From: Candidatus Latescibacterota bacterium
GTDB lineage: Bacteria; Latescibacterota; UBA2968; UBA8231
DNA: 64,000 nucleotides
Direction of reading: 5' to 3'
NCBI GenBank assembly: GCA_965248355.1
Contig: OZ252098.1
Span: 4,000,001-4,064,000 of the forward strand
Part shown: piece by piece, positions 50,689-60,452 of the stretch
Position numbering within the stretch: the first letter of the stretch is position 1
How the letters are laid out: each line of letters starts with the position of its first letter
The notes under the pieces: model-generated
Databases searched by the model: none
The model's input: the letters and a program-made list of their open reading frames with translations, nothing else
Told to the model about the DNA's origin: nothing
Program-made: the position numbers and the translations under genes

Positions 50689-52488
50689 TCACCCGGCCGT
50701 CACCCGGCCGTAGTCGAGACGGCAGAGCCGGGCGTAGATCCCGTCCCTGGCGATCAGCTCCTCGTGGCGCCCCCGTTCCCGCACCTGGCCTCGGTGGAGC
50801 ACGAGGATCTGGTCGGCGCTGCGGACCGTCGACAGGCGGTGGGCGATGACCACCGACGTGCGGTCGTGCATCAGCCGCTGCACGGCCTCCTGGATCAGCT
50901 GCTCGGTCTCCGTGTCGATGCTGGAGGTGGCCTCGTCGAGGACCAGGATCGCCGGGTCGAAGGCCAGGCAGCGGGCGAAGGAGAGTAGCTGGCGCTGGCC
51001 CGCCGACAGGCTCGAGCCGCCCTCGGCGACCGGCTGCCCGTAGCCCCGCGGCAGGCGTTCGATGAACGGCTCCGCCTTCACGTAGCGCGCCATCCTTCGC
51101 ACCTGCTCCGGAGAGATCTCGCCGTTCCCCAGGCGGATGTTGCTCTCCATGTCCCCCGAGAACAGGAAGACGTCCTGCTGCACGATGCCGATGCGGCGCC
51201 GCAGGGCGTTCACGTCCCACTCGCGCACGTCGAGGCCGTCCACCCTCACCGAGCCCTCCTGGACGTCGTAGAACCGGCACAGGAGGTTGACCACCGTCGT
51301 CTTGCCCGAGCCGGTGGCTCCCACCAGGGCCAGGCTGTGGCCGCCCGGCACGGTGAAGGAGACGTCGCGCAGGACCCAGTCCGCGGCCGCCGCCTCGTAC
51401 TTGAAGTGCACGTTCTCGAACTCGATCACCGGCGCTCCGGACGCCTCCACGGGCGGCGGGCGGCCCCCGGCCCCGGCCGGCTCGGTCGGCGTGTCGAGGA
51501 GCTGGAAGATGCGCTCCGAGGAGGCCATGGCGCTCTGCAGCAGGGCGTAGCGGTCGGAGATGTCCATGATCGGGCGGAAGAAGCGCCGGATGTACTGCAG
51601 AAAGGCCGCCAGCACGCCCAGCTCGATGCGATCCTGCAGGACCGCGCCGGCGCCGTACCACACGACCAGGGCCGTGCCCACCGTGGAGACCCACTCGGTG
51701 AAGGGGAAGAACAGGGCGTAGTAGAGGATCTCCCGGTCCTCGGCGCGACGGTAGGGCAGGTGCTCGCCGTCGAAGTCGCGGCGGTTGCGGCCCTGGCGGT
51801 TGCACAGCTGCACCACCTCCATGCCGGTGATGTTCTCCTGCAGGTAGGCGTTGAGCCGCGCCAGGCGCAGCCGCAGCTCGCGGTAGGCCCCCATGGCCCG
51901 GCCCTGCAGGTAGAAGGTGGCCACCGCCACCACCGGGACCACGAGGCAGGAGATCAGGGTCAGGCGCAGGTCCATGAAGGCCATGAAGCCGATGATCGCC
52001 GCCAGCGTCGCCAGGTCGATGAACACGGAGACCACGCCCTCGGTGAAGAACTCGTTCAGGGCCTCCACGTCGTTGGTGGTGCGCGTCATGGTGCGGCCGA
52101 TGGGCGTGCGGTCGAAGTAGCGCATGGGCAGGCGCTGGAGATGGGCGAAGATCCGATGCCGCAGGTCGCGCATGACGAGCTGCCCCGTCATCTCCGTGAC
52201 CCGCGTCTGGCCGTACTGGGCGGCGTACTGGACGGCGAGGGAGCCGAAGTAGAGGACGACCAGCGTGTGGAGGCCGTCCAGGTCGCCCTGCCGGATGTAG
52301 TCGTCGATGCCGATCTGGGTGAGCCACGGTCCGAGCTGGCTGGAGGCCGCGGCGGCCACGATCAGGACCAGGGCGGCGGCCACCCGGCGCTTGTAGGGGG
52401 CCAGGCAGGCCACCAGCCGCACGGCCAGGCGCAGGTCGAAGGGCCGCTCCTGGATCTCCTCTTCCCGGGACGCGGGGACCGGGCTCAC
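50689..52488 (-). CDS. ABC exporter, fused TMD-NBD (MdlB/YheH-like)
   Basis: GATGSGKT, LSAGQRQL, LDEATS, IAHRLST. Confidence 0.93.
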   Translation of the reverse strand: MSPVPASREEEIQERPFDLRLAVRLVACLAPYKRRVAAALVLIVAAAASSQLGPWLTQIGIDDYIRQGDLDGLHTLVVLYFGSLAVQYAAQYGQTRVTEMTGQLVMRDLRHRIFAHLQRLPMRYFDRTPIGRTMTRTTNDVEALNEFFTEGVVSVFIDLATLAAIIGFMAFMDLRLTLISCLVVPVVAVATFYLQGRAMGAYRELRLRLARLNAYLQENITGMEVVQLCNRQGRNRRDFDGEHLPYRRAEDREILYYALFFPFTEWVSTVGTALVVWYGAGAVLQDRIELGVLAAFLQYIRRFFRPIMDISDRYALLQSAMASSERIFQLLDTPTEPAGAGGRPPPVEASGAPVIEFENVHFKYEAAAADWVLRDVSFTVPGGHSLALVGATGSGKTTVVNLLCRFYDVQEGSVRVDGLDVREWDVNALRRRIGIVQQDVFLFSGDMESNIRLGNGEISPEQVRRMARYVKAEPFIERLPRGYGQPVAEGGSSLSAGQRQLLSFARCLAFDPAILVLDEATSSIDTETEQLIQEAVQRLMHDRTSVVIAHRLSTVRSADQILVLHRGQVRERGRHEELIARDGIYARLCRLDYGRVTAG

Positions 52489-54293
52489 AGCCGCTCCAGC
52501 TCGGCGGCCAGCTGCTGGCGGCGGGCCAGCTCGGCGTAGAACCCCCCGGCCGCGGCCAGCTCCTTGTGGGTGCCGCTCTCGGCGATCCGTCCCTGGTCGA
52601 GGACGACGATGCGGTCGGCGTCCCTCAAGGTGGAGATGCGGTGGGCGATGAGGATCGTCGTGCGCGACGCCATGATGCCGCGCAGGTGACCGAGGATCGC
52701 CTCCTCCGTATGCGTGTCCACGGCCGACAGGGCGTCGTCGAGGATCAGGATCCCCGGCCGCGCCAGCAGCGCCCGGGCCAGGGTCGTGCGCTGCTTCTGG
52801 CCCCCCGACAGGGTGATGCCGCGCTCCCCCACGAGGGTGGCGAAACCGTCGTCGAAGGCCTCCACGTCCTCCCGCAACCCGGCCTCGCCCGCGGCGGCGA
52901 GGATCAGGTCCTCGCCGGCCTCCTCCACCGCGTAGCCGACGTTGGCCCGCACCGTGTCCGAGAACAGGAAGGGGGTCTGGGCCACGTAGCCCATCGCCTC
53001 GCGCAGCTCCTCGAGGGGCCACTCCGGCAGCGGCGCGCCGTCGAGCAGGACCCGCCCCTCGGTCGGCTCGATCAGCCTCGGGATCAGCCGCGCCAGCGTC
53101 GTCTTGCCGGAGCCCACGCGGCCCACGACGCCGAGGGTCGAGCCCGCCGGGACGGTGAGATCGATCCCCTCCAGCGCCGGCAGCCCCTCGTAGGCGAAGC
53201 CCACGCCCTCGAACCGCAGCTCCCCGCGGATCCTCGTGGAGCGCCGGCCCCGGCCCTGCTCCGCCCGGTCGCGCACCCCGGCCGGACCGGCCTCGGCTGG
53301 GGAGGCCCCGGCCGCGAGGTCGTCCGAATCGCGGATCTCGGGACGCACCGCCAGGACCTCGTCGATGCGGCGAATGGCCACCAGGGCGCGCTGCAGGCGG
53401 TCCACGACCCAGCCCATGTGGCCGATGGGGCGGATCAGCATCGTCAGGTAGGCGTTGACGGCGACGAAGTCGCCGATGCTCAGGGCCCCGGCGGTCACCT
53501 CCCGGCCTCCGAGCCACAGGTTCATCCCCAGGCTCAGGGAGGCGATCAGGAAGGTGAGGGGGCGGTACACGGCGCGCGTGTGGATCAGGCGCCCGTTGCG
53601 CTCCAGGTACTCCTGGTTCAGCCCCCCGAAGGCCCGGGTCTGGGCGCCGCCCTGGTCGAAGGCCTTGACCACGCGGATCCCGGTGAGGTTCTCCTGGACG
53701 AAGTTGCTCATGTGGCCGAAGAAGTCCTGGATCGCCCGGAACCGGGAGTGCACCAGGGAGGCCATGCGGATGACGAACAGGCTCAGGAGCGGCACCGGGA
53801 CCAGCACCAGCAGGGTCAGCTGCCAGTCGATGCGGCACATCATGAAGATGGTGAACGAGAAGATCAGGACGGTCTCCACCACGCCCCGCAGGCCGTAGAC
53901 GAAGAACAGGCGGACCTGGTTGAGGTCGTTGGTGGCCCGCGCCATCAGGTCCCCGGTCCGGTGCCGCTGGTAGAAGGACAGGGGCTGGCGGAGCAGGTGC
54001 CCGAAGTAGGCGGTGCGGATGTCGAACTCGATCCAGGTGGCGGCCACGCCGAGGAGTCGCCGCATGGCGAAGCCGCCGGCCGCCACCAGGAGGGAAAGGC
54101 CGAGGATGCGCAGCGCGTTCCCCTCGACCAGGGCGGCCGCGTCCGCGGCCGAGGTCGATGCGAGGGCGTCGACGGCGGCGCCGATCTCGCGGGGGATGAG
54201 GGAGTTGGCCGCCTGGGACAGCAGGATCGTCCCCGCGCCCAGGGCCATGCGGAGGCGGTACGGCCGGGCGTAGGGGGCGAAAGGTCCGAGCAT
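52485..54293 (-). CDS. ABC exporter, fused TMD-NBD (MdlA/YheI-like)
   Basis: GDLMARATND, GRVGSGKT, LSGGQKQR, LDDALSAVD. Confidence 0.93.
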   Translation of the reverse strand: MLGPFAPYARPYRLRMALGAGTILLSQAANSLIPREIGAAVDALASTSAADAAALVEGNALRILGLSLLVAAGGFAMRRLLGVAATWIEFDIRTAYFGHLLRQPLSFYQRHRTGDLMARATNDLNQVRLFFVYGLRGVVETVLIFSFTIFMMCRIDWQLTLLVLVPVPLLSLFVIRMASLVHSRFRAIQDFFGHMSNFVQENLTGIRVVKAFDQGGAQTRAFGGLNQEYLERNGRLIHTRAVYRPLTFLIASLSLGMNLWLGGREVTAGALSIGDFVAVNAYLTMLIRPIGHMGWVVDRLQRALVAIRRIDEVLAVRPEIRDSDDLAAGASPAEAGPAGVRDRAEQGRGRRSTRIRGELRFEGVGFAYEGLPALEGIDLTVPAGSTLGVVGRVGSGKTTLARLIPRLIEPTEGRVLLDGAPLPEWPLEELREAMGYVAQTPFLFSDTVRANVGYAVEEAGEDLILAAAGEAGLREDVEAFDDGFATLVGERGITLSGGQKQRTTLARALLARPGILILDDALSAVDTHTEEAILGHLRGIMASRTTILIAHRISTLRDADRIVVLDQGRIAESGTHKELAAAGGFYAELARRQQLAAELERL

Positions 54294-54354
54294 CGGACCA
54301 AAGGAAGCCCCGGGCCCCGGGGGCTTCAAGGATCCCGACCGCCGGAGGGGCGGC

Positions 54355-54960
54355 TCAGGCCTGGGCGGCGATCTCCGGGAAGCGCTCCAGCAGCCGGGGG
54401 CGGATGGCCCGCAGGGCCCGGCCCCGGTGGCTGACCGCCCCCTTCTCGTCGGCGCTCAGCTCGGCCAGGCCCCGTCCGGCCTCCCGGGCGAAGAACACGG
54501 GATCGTATCCGAACCCGCCGGCACCGGCCGGCGCCTCGAGGATGCGCCCCTCGCAAACGCCCTCCGCCGTGGCCAGACGCCCGTCGGGGGCCGCCGCCAC
54601 CAGGCAGCAGCGGAAGCGGGCGCCGCGTTCGCGGGGGGGGGCGCCGGCCAGGGCCTGCAGCAGCAGCCGGCAGCGGCCGCCGTCGTCGAGGCCCTCGCCG
54701 CCGTAGCGGGCCGAGGCCGCGCCCGGGGCGCCTCCGAGGGCGTCCACCTCGAGGCCGGAGTCGTCGGCCAGGCTGACGCATCCCGAGGCTTCGGCGAAGG
54801 CCCGGGCCTTCAGCAGGGCGTTGTCGTGGAAGGTGGCGCCCGTCTCGGCCACCCGGAGCCCGTGCAGGCCGCGGTCGGCGGGCGAGACCGTGGCGATGCC
54901 GCTCAGCAGCCGGCGGAACTCGGCGAGCTTGCCCGGGTTGCCCGTGGCCACGAGCACCAC
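54355..54960 (-). CDS. rdgB: Non-canonical purine NTP pyrophosphatase (RdgB/HAM1)
   Basis: ATGNPGK, ADDSGL, GFGYDP, SHR. Confidence 0.95.
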   Translation of the reverse strand: MVLVATGNPGKLAEFRRLLSGIATVSPADRGLHGLRVAETGATFHDNALLKARAFAEASGCVSLADDSGLEVDALGGAPGAASARYGGEGLDDGGRCRLLLQALAGAPPRERGARFRCCLVAAAPDGRLATAEGVCEGRILEAPAGAGGFGYDPVFFAREAGRGLAELSADEKGAVSHRGRALRAIRPRLLERFPEIAAQA

Positions 54961-54967
54961 GGCCGGG

Positions 54968-56314
54968 CTAGCGGCCTTCGGCGGTGGCCTGCGCCGCTTC
55001 GAGCTCCTGCAGCCTGTGGTTGCAGTAGTCGCGCTGGCGGCTGTCCTTGCTGCCCCGCTGGTACCAGGTGCGGGCCTGGCCGATCTCCCCGAGATCGACG
55101 TGGGCGTCGGCGAGCACGACCATGGCGGCATAGTAGTCCTTGCGCCCGCGCAGGGCCTCCCGGGCCGCCTTGGCCGCCGGGCGGGCCTGACCCGTCCCCA
55201 GGTAGGCCTCGCTCAGCCGGTAGTGTCCCACGGCGTTCTTCGGATCGATCTCGACCGCCCTCTTCAGCGCCGTCACCGCCTCGTCGTAGCGCTGGAGGTG
55301 GTTGAGCGTGGTGCCGAGCAGCACCAGTCCGGCGGAGTACTCCGGGTCGACCTTGACCGCCTTCTTCAGGGTCTTCACGGCGCCCTCCAGGTCCTCGGAG
55401 GCGAGGCGCACCCGCGCCAGTGCGGAATAGGCCTGCACGACGGAGCCGTCCACGGCGATCGCCTTCTCGTACATCCGCGCCGACTGCCGCAGGTCGCCGT
55501 GCTGGTGGTGGATGTGCCCGAGGGAGAGGTACGGCCACGCGTAGTCGGCCTCCTCGGCGATGGCCGCCTCCAGGGCGGGAACGGCCTGGTCCGGCTGGCG
55601 CAGGCTCAGATGGCACAGGCCGATCACGTAGTGGGCCTTGGCCCGGTGTCTGTGGTGCTTGGGCCCGTGGTCCCTGGCCCCCTGCACCAGCGAATCGATC
55701 CAGGCCGGCGGGGATGCGCTCTCTCTCAGGGGCCGCAGCTCGCCGTCGAGGACGGCCTCGAGCAGATCGATCCAGTGGTGGTCCGGCTGGTAGCGCAGCG
55801 ACGTCTCGAGATGCCGAATGGCCTCCCCGAAGCGCCGCTGCCGCCGGGATTCCAACCCTCCATTGAAGTAGAAGCTCGACAGCTGGATGGCGTAGCTGTG
55901 GCGCAGGGAAGCCCTCAGCGAATCGATCCAGGCCCGTGGCGCCGGGTCGGACTTGAGCAGCGTCTGCCGCAGCGAATCGATGAACGCCCGGGGCTGGCCC
56001 ATGGGTTGCTGCAGACCGTGCCGCAAGGCGGCTTCGAGAGCGGCCGCCGCCTCGAGGGGGTGCCCCAGGGCCTGGTGGGCGCGGCTCAGGGCGTAGTACG
56101 CCACGTCGTAGGTCGTGTCGATGGCGATGGCCGCCTCCAGCTCGATGGCGGCGTTGCGGAAGTCCCTCTTCCTCAGGAGGTCGTACCCGGGGCGGTAGCG
56201 CTCGATCGCCTCCTGTGACTGGGCCGTGGCGGCCGCGGCCCACGCGAAGGCCGCGATCCCCAGGGCCGCGGCGAGGGCGCGGGCCCCGGGTCGGGGGAAT
56301 CTGCTCGAGGTCAT
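54968..56314 (-). CDS. Secreted TPR-repeat protein
   Basis: Signal peptide; multiple TPR units. Confidence 0.85.
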   Translation of the reverse strand: MTSSRFPRPGARALAAALGIAAFAWAAAATAQSQEAIERYRPGYDLLRKRDFRNAAIELEAAIAIDTTYDVAYYALSRAHQALGHPLEAAAALEAALRHGLQQPMGQPRAFIDSLRQTLLKSDPAPRAWIDSLRASLRHSYAIQLSSFYFNGGLESRRQRRFGEAIRHLETSLRYQPDHHWIDLLEAVLDGELRPLRESASPPAWIDSLVQGARDHGPKHHRHRAKAHYVIGLCHLSLRQPDQAVPALEAAIAEEADYAWPYLSLGHIHHQHGDLRQSARMYEKAIAVDGSVVQAYSALARVRLASEDLEGAVKTLKKAVKVDPEYSAGLVLLGTTLNHLQRYDEAVTALKRAVEIDPKNAVGHYRLSEAYLGTGQARPAAKAAREALRGRKDYYAAMVVLADAHVDLGEIGQARTWYQRGSKDSRQRDYCNHRLQELEAAQATAEGR

Positions 56315-56444
56315 TATCGGTAATCCGTGATCGGCTTGGTGGGGGAGGGAGCGGGCCGTTCAACCTAACCGGCGGCTTCGCCGGTTGTCAAAGCGGGAAA
56401 GGGCTGCGTACGTTCCTGACCCCGGTCTCCGCCCCCTTTTCGAG

Positions 56445-57455
56445 ATGCGCTGGTACGAACTCGATCCCTCCTACTGGCTCTACTACGCCGCCGACTGGTG
56501 CCGGGACGAGCTGCCGGGCACGCGCACCGGCGCCGTGGGCATCGGCTTCTTCGAGCTCGCCGCCGAGCTGTGGCCCTGGGTGCTGGCCGGTGCCGCCCTG
56601 AGCGCCGTGGCCTCCCACTACCTCCCGCGCACCCGCCTCGGGGCGCTGCTCTCCCGCCACCGCCGCGGCTCCGTGGTCGGCGCCTCCCTCATCGGCCTGG
56701 TCTCCCCTCTGTGCACCTTCGCCGCCATCCCCGTCGTCTCCCGGGTCATGGCCTCGGGGGTCCCGGCGGCGCCCCTCATGGCCTTCCTCTTCGCCTCGCC
56801 GCTGATGAACCCGGCCCTCTTCTTATATACCCAGGGAGCCCTCGGCCTCGAGATGGCGGTGGCCCGCACGGTCACCGCCCTCGGCATCGGCCTGGCCGCC
56901 GGCTTCGGCACGGCGGCGCTGCAGGGCCGGGGGTGGCTCGCCAGCCTCGGGACGGCGCCCTTCGCCGTGGCCGGCGGCTCCGGCCCGGCGGCGGCCGAGG
57001 CGCCGGCCGGTCCCGCCCTGTGGCGGCGGTTCGCCCGCGACTTGTCCTTCATCTCCCGGTGGTTCGCCCTGGGCCTCTTCCTGGCCGCCCTCGTCTCCAC
57101 CTTCCTCACCCCGGAGATGATCCGCGCCGTCCTCGGCTCCGGGAACCGCTGGTCGGTGCCGTCCGCGGTCGCCCTCGGCGTCCCCCTCTACGCCTGCGGC
57201 GGCGCCGCCATCCCCATCGTCGAGACCATGGTCCGCATGGGCATGGCTCCGGGCGCGGCCCTCGCCTTCTTCATCGCCGGCCCGGCGACCAAGCTCCACA
57301 CGGTAGGCACCCTCGGCGCCGTCTTCGGCCGCCGGGTGCTCGCCTGGTACCTGCTGGTCATGCTCCTGGGCGCCCTCCTCTGCGGATCCCTCTACCCATT
57401 CGACCAACCACTGAGAACGCCGCCCTACGGCGAGCTGCCCCGGGACCCGTTCTGA
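56445..57455 (+). CDS. DUF318/ArsP-like permease
   Basis: PLCTFAAIP, FLFASPLMNP, VPLYACGG..IP, AFFIAGPAT. Confidence 0.88.
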   Translation: MRWYELDPSYWLYYAADWCRDELPGTRTGAVGIGFFELAAELWPWVLAGAALSAVASHYLPRTRLGALLSRHRRGSVVGASLIGLVSPLCTFAAIPVVSRVMASGVPAAPLMAFLFASPLMNPALFLYTQGALGLEMAVARTVTALGIGLAAGFGTAALQGRGWLASLGTAPFAVAGGSGPAAAEAPAGPALWRRFARDLSFISRWFALGLFLAALVSTFLTPEMIRAVLGSGNRWSVPSAVALGVPLYACGGAAIPIVETMVRMGMAPGAALAFFIAGPATKLHTVGTLGAVFGRRVLAWYLLVMLLGALLCGSLYPFDQPLRTPPYGELPRDPF

Positions 57456-60448
57456 GCCGCCGGCTGCAGCCCTCGGCCGCGGCCATCCTGTGGCTGGCCG
57501 CATCGGTCGCCGGGACGCCGCCGGCCGGCGCCTTTCCCTACACCCTCGAGTGGAAGCGCCTCGCCGGGGACCCGCCGCCGGCCGCGGTGGTCGAGTCCGG
57601 GGATCGGGTCGTCTTCGCCGAAGCCGGGGGCGCCATCACCGCCCTGGGGCGCCGGGACGGGCTGCGCCTGTGGCGGGCGCGTCCCGGCGGACCCGTAGGC
57701 CCGGCGTTGGCCGCGTCGGGTCCGCGCCTGCTCTTCGCCGACCGCCGGGGCCTCGCCGGGGCCTTGAGCCTGGAGACGGGCCGGCCCCTGTGGTCCCTCC
57801 GTCTGCGCGGCCGGGGGTCCTGCCGCCTGGCCGTGCTCGATGACCTCGTGCTGGTCCACGGCGGCGACGGTGTGCTCCACGCCCTCGAAGCGGAGACCGG
57901 GCACGAGCGCTGGCGCCTGCGCACCGGCCTGCGGCCCCACTCCGAGCCGGTCGTCCGGGACGGGAAGCTCGTCGTGGCCGCCGCCGGCCGCCTGCTGGCC
58001 GTGGACCCCTCGACCGGCCGGCGCCTCGCCTCCCAGCCGGTGGAGGGGATCCGCCTCCTCGCCGCCGGGCCGCGGGGGGTCTTCGTCTCCGGCGGCGGCT
58101 CGGTGCGCGCCTTCGACGGCGATCTGCGGCCGCTGTGGACGAGCTGGCTCGGCACCGGTCTGACCGCGGCACCGGCCCCCGCGGGCGGTCAGCTCTGGTG
58201 CCCGGGGGCCAACGGATTCCTCTACGCCCTCAACCCGCGGCGGGGCGAGGTGCGCTGGTCCCTGGACCTCGGGGGCCGGCCCACGGGCCCCCCGGTGGCC
58301 GCCGCCTCCGGCGTGGTCCTGGCCACCGCGGAAGGGGAGCTGATCGGGGTCGAGGCCGACGGCCGCGTGCTCTGGCGCCAGCGGCTGGCCGCCGGCCGGG
58401 CCTCCGTCGCCGCCGGCGCGGACCGGCTCTACGCCGCCGGCGACGGGCGCCTCCACGCCTTCGCCCCGGCGCCGCTGCGGGGGGCCCCCGGCGACACGGT
58501 CTGGTGGGAGGCCCGCTCCGGCGGCCGCAAGACGGGCTACGGCTGGAGGCTGTGGAGCGAGGAAGGGGATTCCCTGCGGCTCTCGGAATACGCCGTCGGC
58601 TGGCGCCGAGGCTTCGTCGAGCTGCGCGCCGAGAGCGTCCTCGACGCCCGGGACCTGTCCGTGCGGCGGGTGAGCCGCGCCCGCACCGACGCCAGCCAGG
58701 TGCTGCGCACCGAGGTCGCCGCCGCCGGGGCCGGCCTGTTCCTGGAGCGCCGCCTCGGTCCCGGCGCCGAGAGCTGGACCGTGCCGGACCCCGGCGGGGT
58801 CACGCTGGCCGCGGCCATCCCCCGCCGGCTGGCCCGGGGGCCCCTGCGCCCCGGCCGGCGCGACACGCTGCTCGTCCTCGATCCGGAGAGCGGCGTCCTG
58901 CGGCCCGTGTACGCCCAGGTCGGCACCACCGCCGCCGGCGAGACCCCGGTGACCCTGCGCTTCGGCCCGGCGGTCTCGCCGCCGCCGCCCGCGGCCGGAG
59001 ACCTGCCGCCCGACCTGCTGCCGGATCTGCGGGTCCACCTGTGGCTGGACGAGGCCGGCCGCGAGATCCGCGCCCACGCCCCGGCCCTGGCCACCGCCGA
59101 GCGCCGCGTCGGCGCCGGGGAGGCCCTCGCCTGGATCCGCCCGGAGCCGGGGGAACCTCTGCGCCTCGACCGCGAGGTGCCCCGGCCGGGCCGGCTCGAC
59201 AGCCTGTGGATCGGCTGGCCCGCCGCCCAGGGAGAGGTGAGTCGCCTCTTCGTCCTCGACGGGCGCCAGAGCCTGGCGGCGGACTCCTCCGGATCGGTCC
59301 TGACCGTGCGCCGGGAGACCCTGCCGGAGCAAGGGCTCTCCGTCTCCGAGGTCGCCGCCCTTCCGGCCCTGGCCCCGTACCGGGCCCCCTCCCTCTACAT
59401 CCAGTCCGAGGCCCCGGCGATCCGCGCCCTGGCCGGCCGTCTCGTCCCCGATCCCGGCGCCGACAGCCGCGACGCGGCGCGGGTCCTCCACGACTGGGTC
59501 CACGATCACATGGAGCCCGCCCACACCGACGTCCGCTTCAAGACCTCCCTCGAGGTGCTGCGGGACCTGCGGGGGACCTGCTCGGAGTACACCGTGCTCT
59601 TCGCCGCCCTCAGCCGCGCCGCCGGCATCCCCGCCCGCGTGAGCGTCGGCTTCGCCGTCTCCGCCGCCGGCGAGCTGGTGCCCCACATCTGGCCCCAGGT
59701 CTTCGTCGGCGAGTGGGTCGAGGTCGATCCCTCGTGGAACGCCTTTCCCGTGGAGGCCGCCCACGTCAAGACCGGCCAGGGTCTGCTGCACCCCGCCCAC
59801 CTCGAGCGCCTCAACCTGCCCCTGGAGCTCATCGGAGCCGCCGCCGGCGGGCCTCGGCTGGTGCGCTTCGACGCCGAGGGCCAGCCCCCCTCTCTGGCCG
59901 TGGCCGAGAGCCTCCACGCCGCGGCCCTGGAGGCCGAGCGGCGCTTCGAGGACGAGGCCGCCCAGGCGGCGCGCTACGAGCTGGCCGCCCTGCCCCTCAA
60001 CCGCCGCAGCCGCGAGGCCCTCACCGCCATCGCCGGCTTCCATCTCGAACGCGGCGGGCTCGAGGAGGCGGCCTGGGCCCTGGACCGGCTGGAGAGCCTC
60101 GATCCCGCCGCGGCCGGCGCCGTCCTCTACCACCGCGCCCGGCTGCGGGAGGAGCGCGGCGACCCGGCGGGCGCCCGCCGGCTGCTGGAGGATCTGGTGG
60201 CCGGCTTCCCGGAGTCGGATCTCGCCGACGACGCCCTCGGACGCCTGGCCGCCCTGGTCGCCGACAGCGAGGGCTGCCGCCGCGCCCGGCCCCTCTACCG
60301 CCGGCTGGTGGAGACCTACGCCGGCTCCGGCTGGGCCTCGGTGGCGGCCTCGGCCCTGCGCCGCTGCTCGGAGCGGGAGGCCCTGCTGGAGGACCCTTCC
60401 CCGGGGGCGGCCCGCGTGGACTCTGTTCGCGGCCGGGGTTATCGTTGA
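57452..60448 (+). CDS. Secreted PQQ-like beta-propeller + transglutaminase-like + TPR protein (start uncertain)
   Basis: Repeated ALxxxTGxxxW blades; GTCSEY...PHIW...VDPSW; C-terminal TPR with FP.S..ADDAL. Confidence 0.8.
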   Translation: MSRRLQPSAAAILWLAASVAGTPPAGAFPYTLEWKRLAGDPPPAAVVESGDRVVFAEAGGAITALGRRDGLRLWRARPGGPVGPALAASGPRLLFADRRGLAGALSLETGRPLWSLRLRGRGSCRLAVLDDLVLVHGGDGVLHALEAETGHERWRLRTGLRPHSEPVVRDGKLVVAAAGRLLAVDPSTGRRLASQPVEGIRLLAAGPRGVFVSGGGSVRAFDGDLRPLWTSWLGTGLTAAPAPAGGQLWCPGANGFLYALNPRRGEVRWSLDLGGRPTGPPVAAASGVVLATAEGELIGVEADGRVLWRQRLAAGRASVAAGADRLYAAGDGRLHAFAPAPLRGAPGDTVWWEARSGGRKTGYGWRLWSEEGDSLRLSEYAVGWRRGFVELRAESVLDARDLSVRRVSRARTDASQVLRTEVAAAGAGLFLERRLGPGAESWTVPDPGGVTLAAAIPRRLARGPLRPGRRDTLLVLDPESGVLRPVYAQVGTTAAGETPVTLRFGPAVSPPPPAAGDLPPDLLPDLRVHLWLDEAGREIRAHAPALATAERRVGAGEALAWIRPEPGEPLRLDREVPRPGRLDSLWIGWPAAQGEVSRLFVLDGRQSLAADSSGSVLTVRRETLPEQGLSVSEVAALPALAPYRAPSLYIQSEAPAIRALAGRLVPDPGADSRDAARVLHDWVHDHMEPAHTDVRFKTSLEVLRDLRGTCSEYTVLFAALSRAAGIPARVSVGFAVSAAGELVPHIWPQVFVGEWVEVDPSWNAFPVEAAHVKTGQGLLHPAHLERLNLPLELIGAAAGGPRLVRFDAEGQPPSLAVAESLHAAALEAERRFEDEAAQAARYELAALPLNRRSREALTAIAGFHLERGGLEEAAWALDRLESLDPAAAGAVLYHRARLREERGDPAGARRLLEDLVAGFPESDLADDALGRLAALVADSEGCRRARPLYRRLVETYAGSGWASVAASALRRCSEREALLEDPSPGAARVDSVRGRGYR

Positions 60449-60452
60449 GAAC

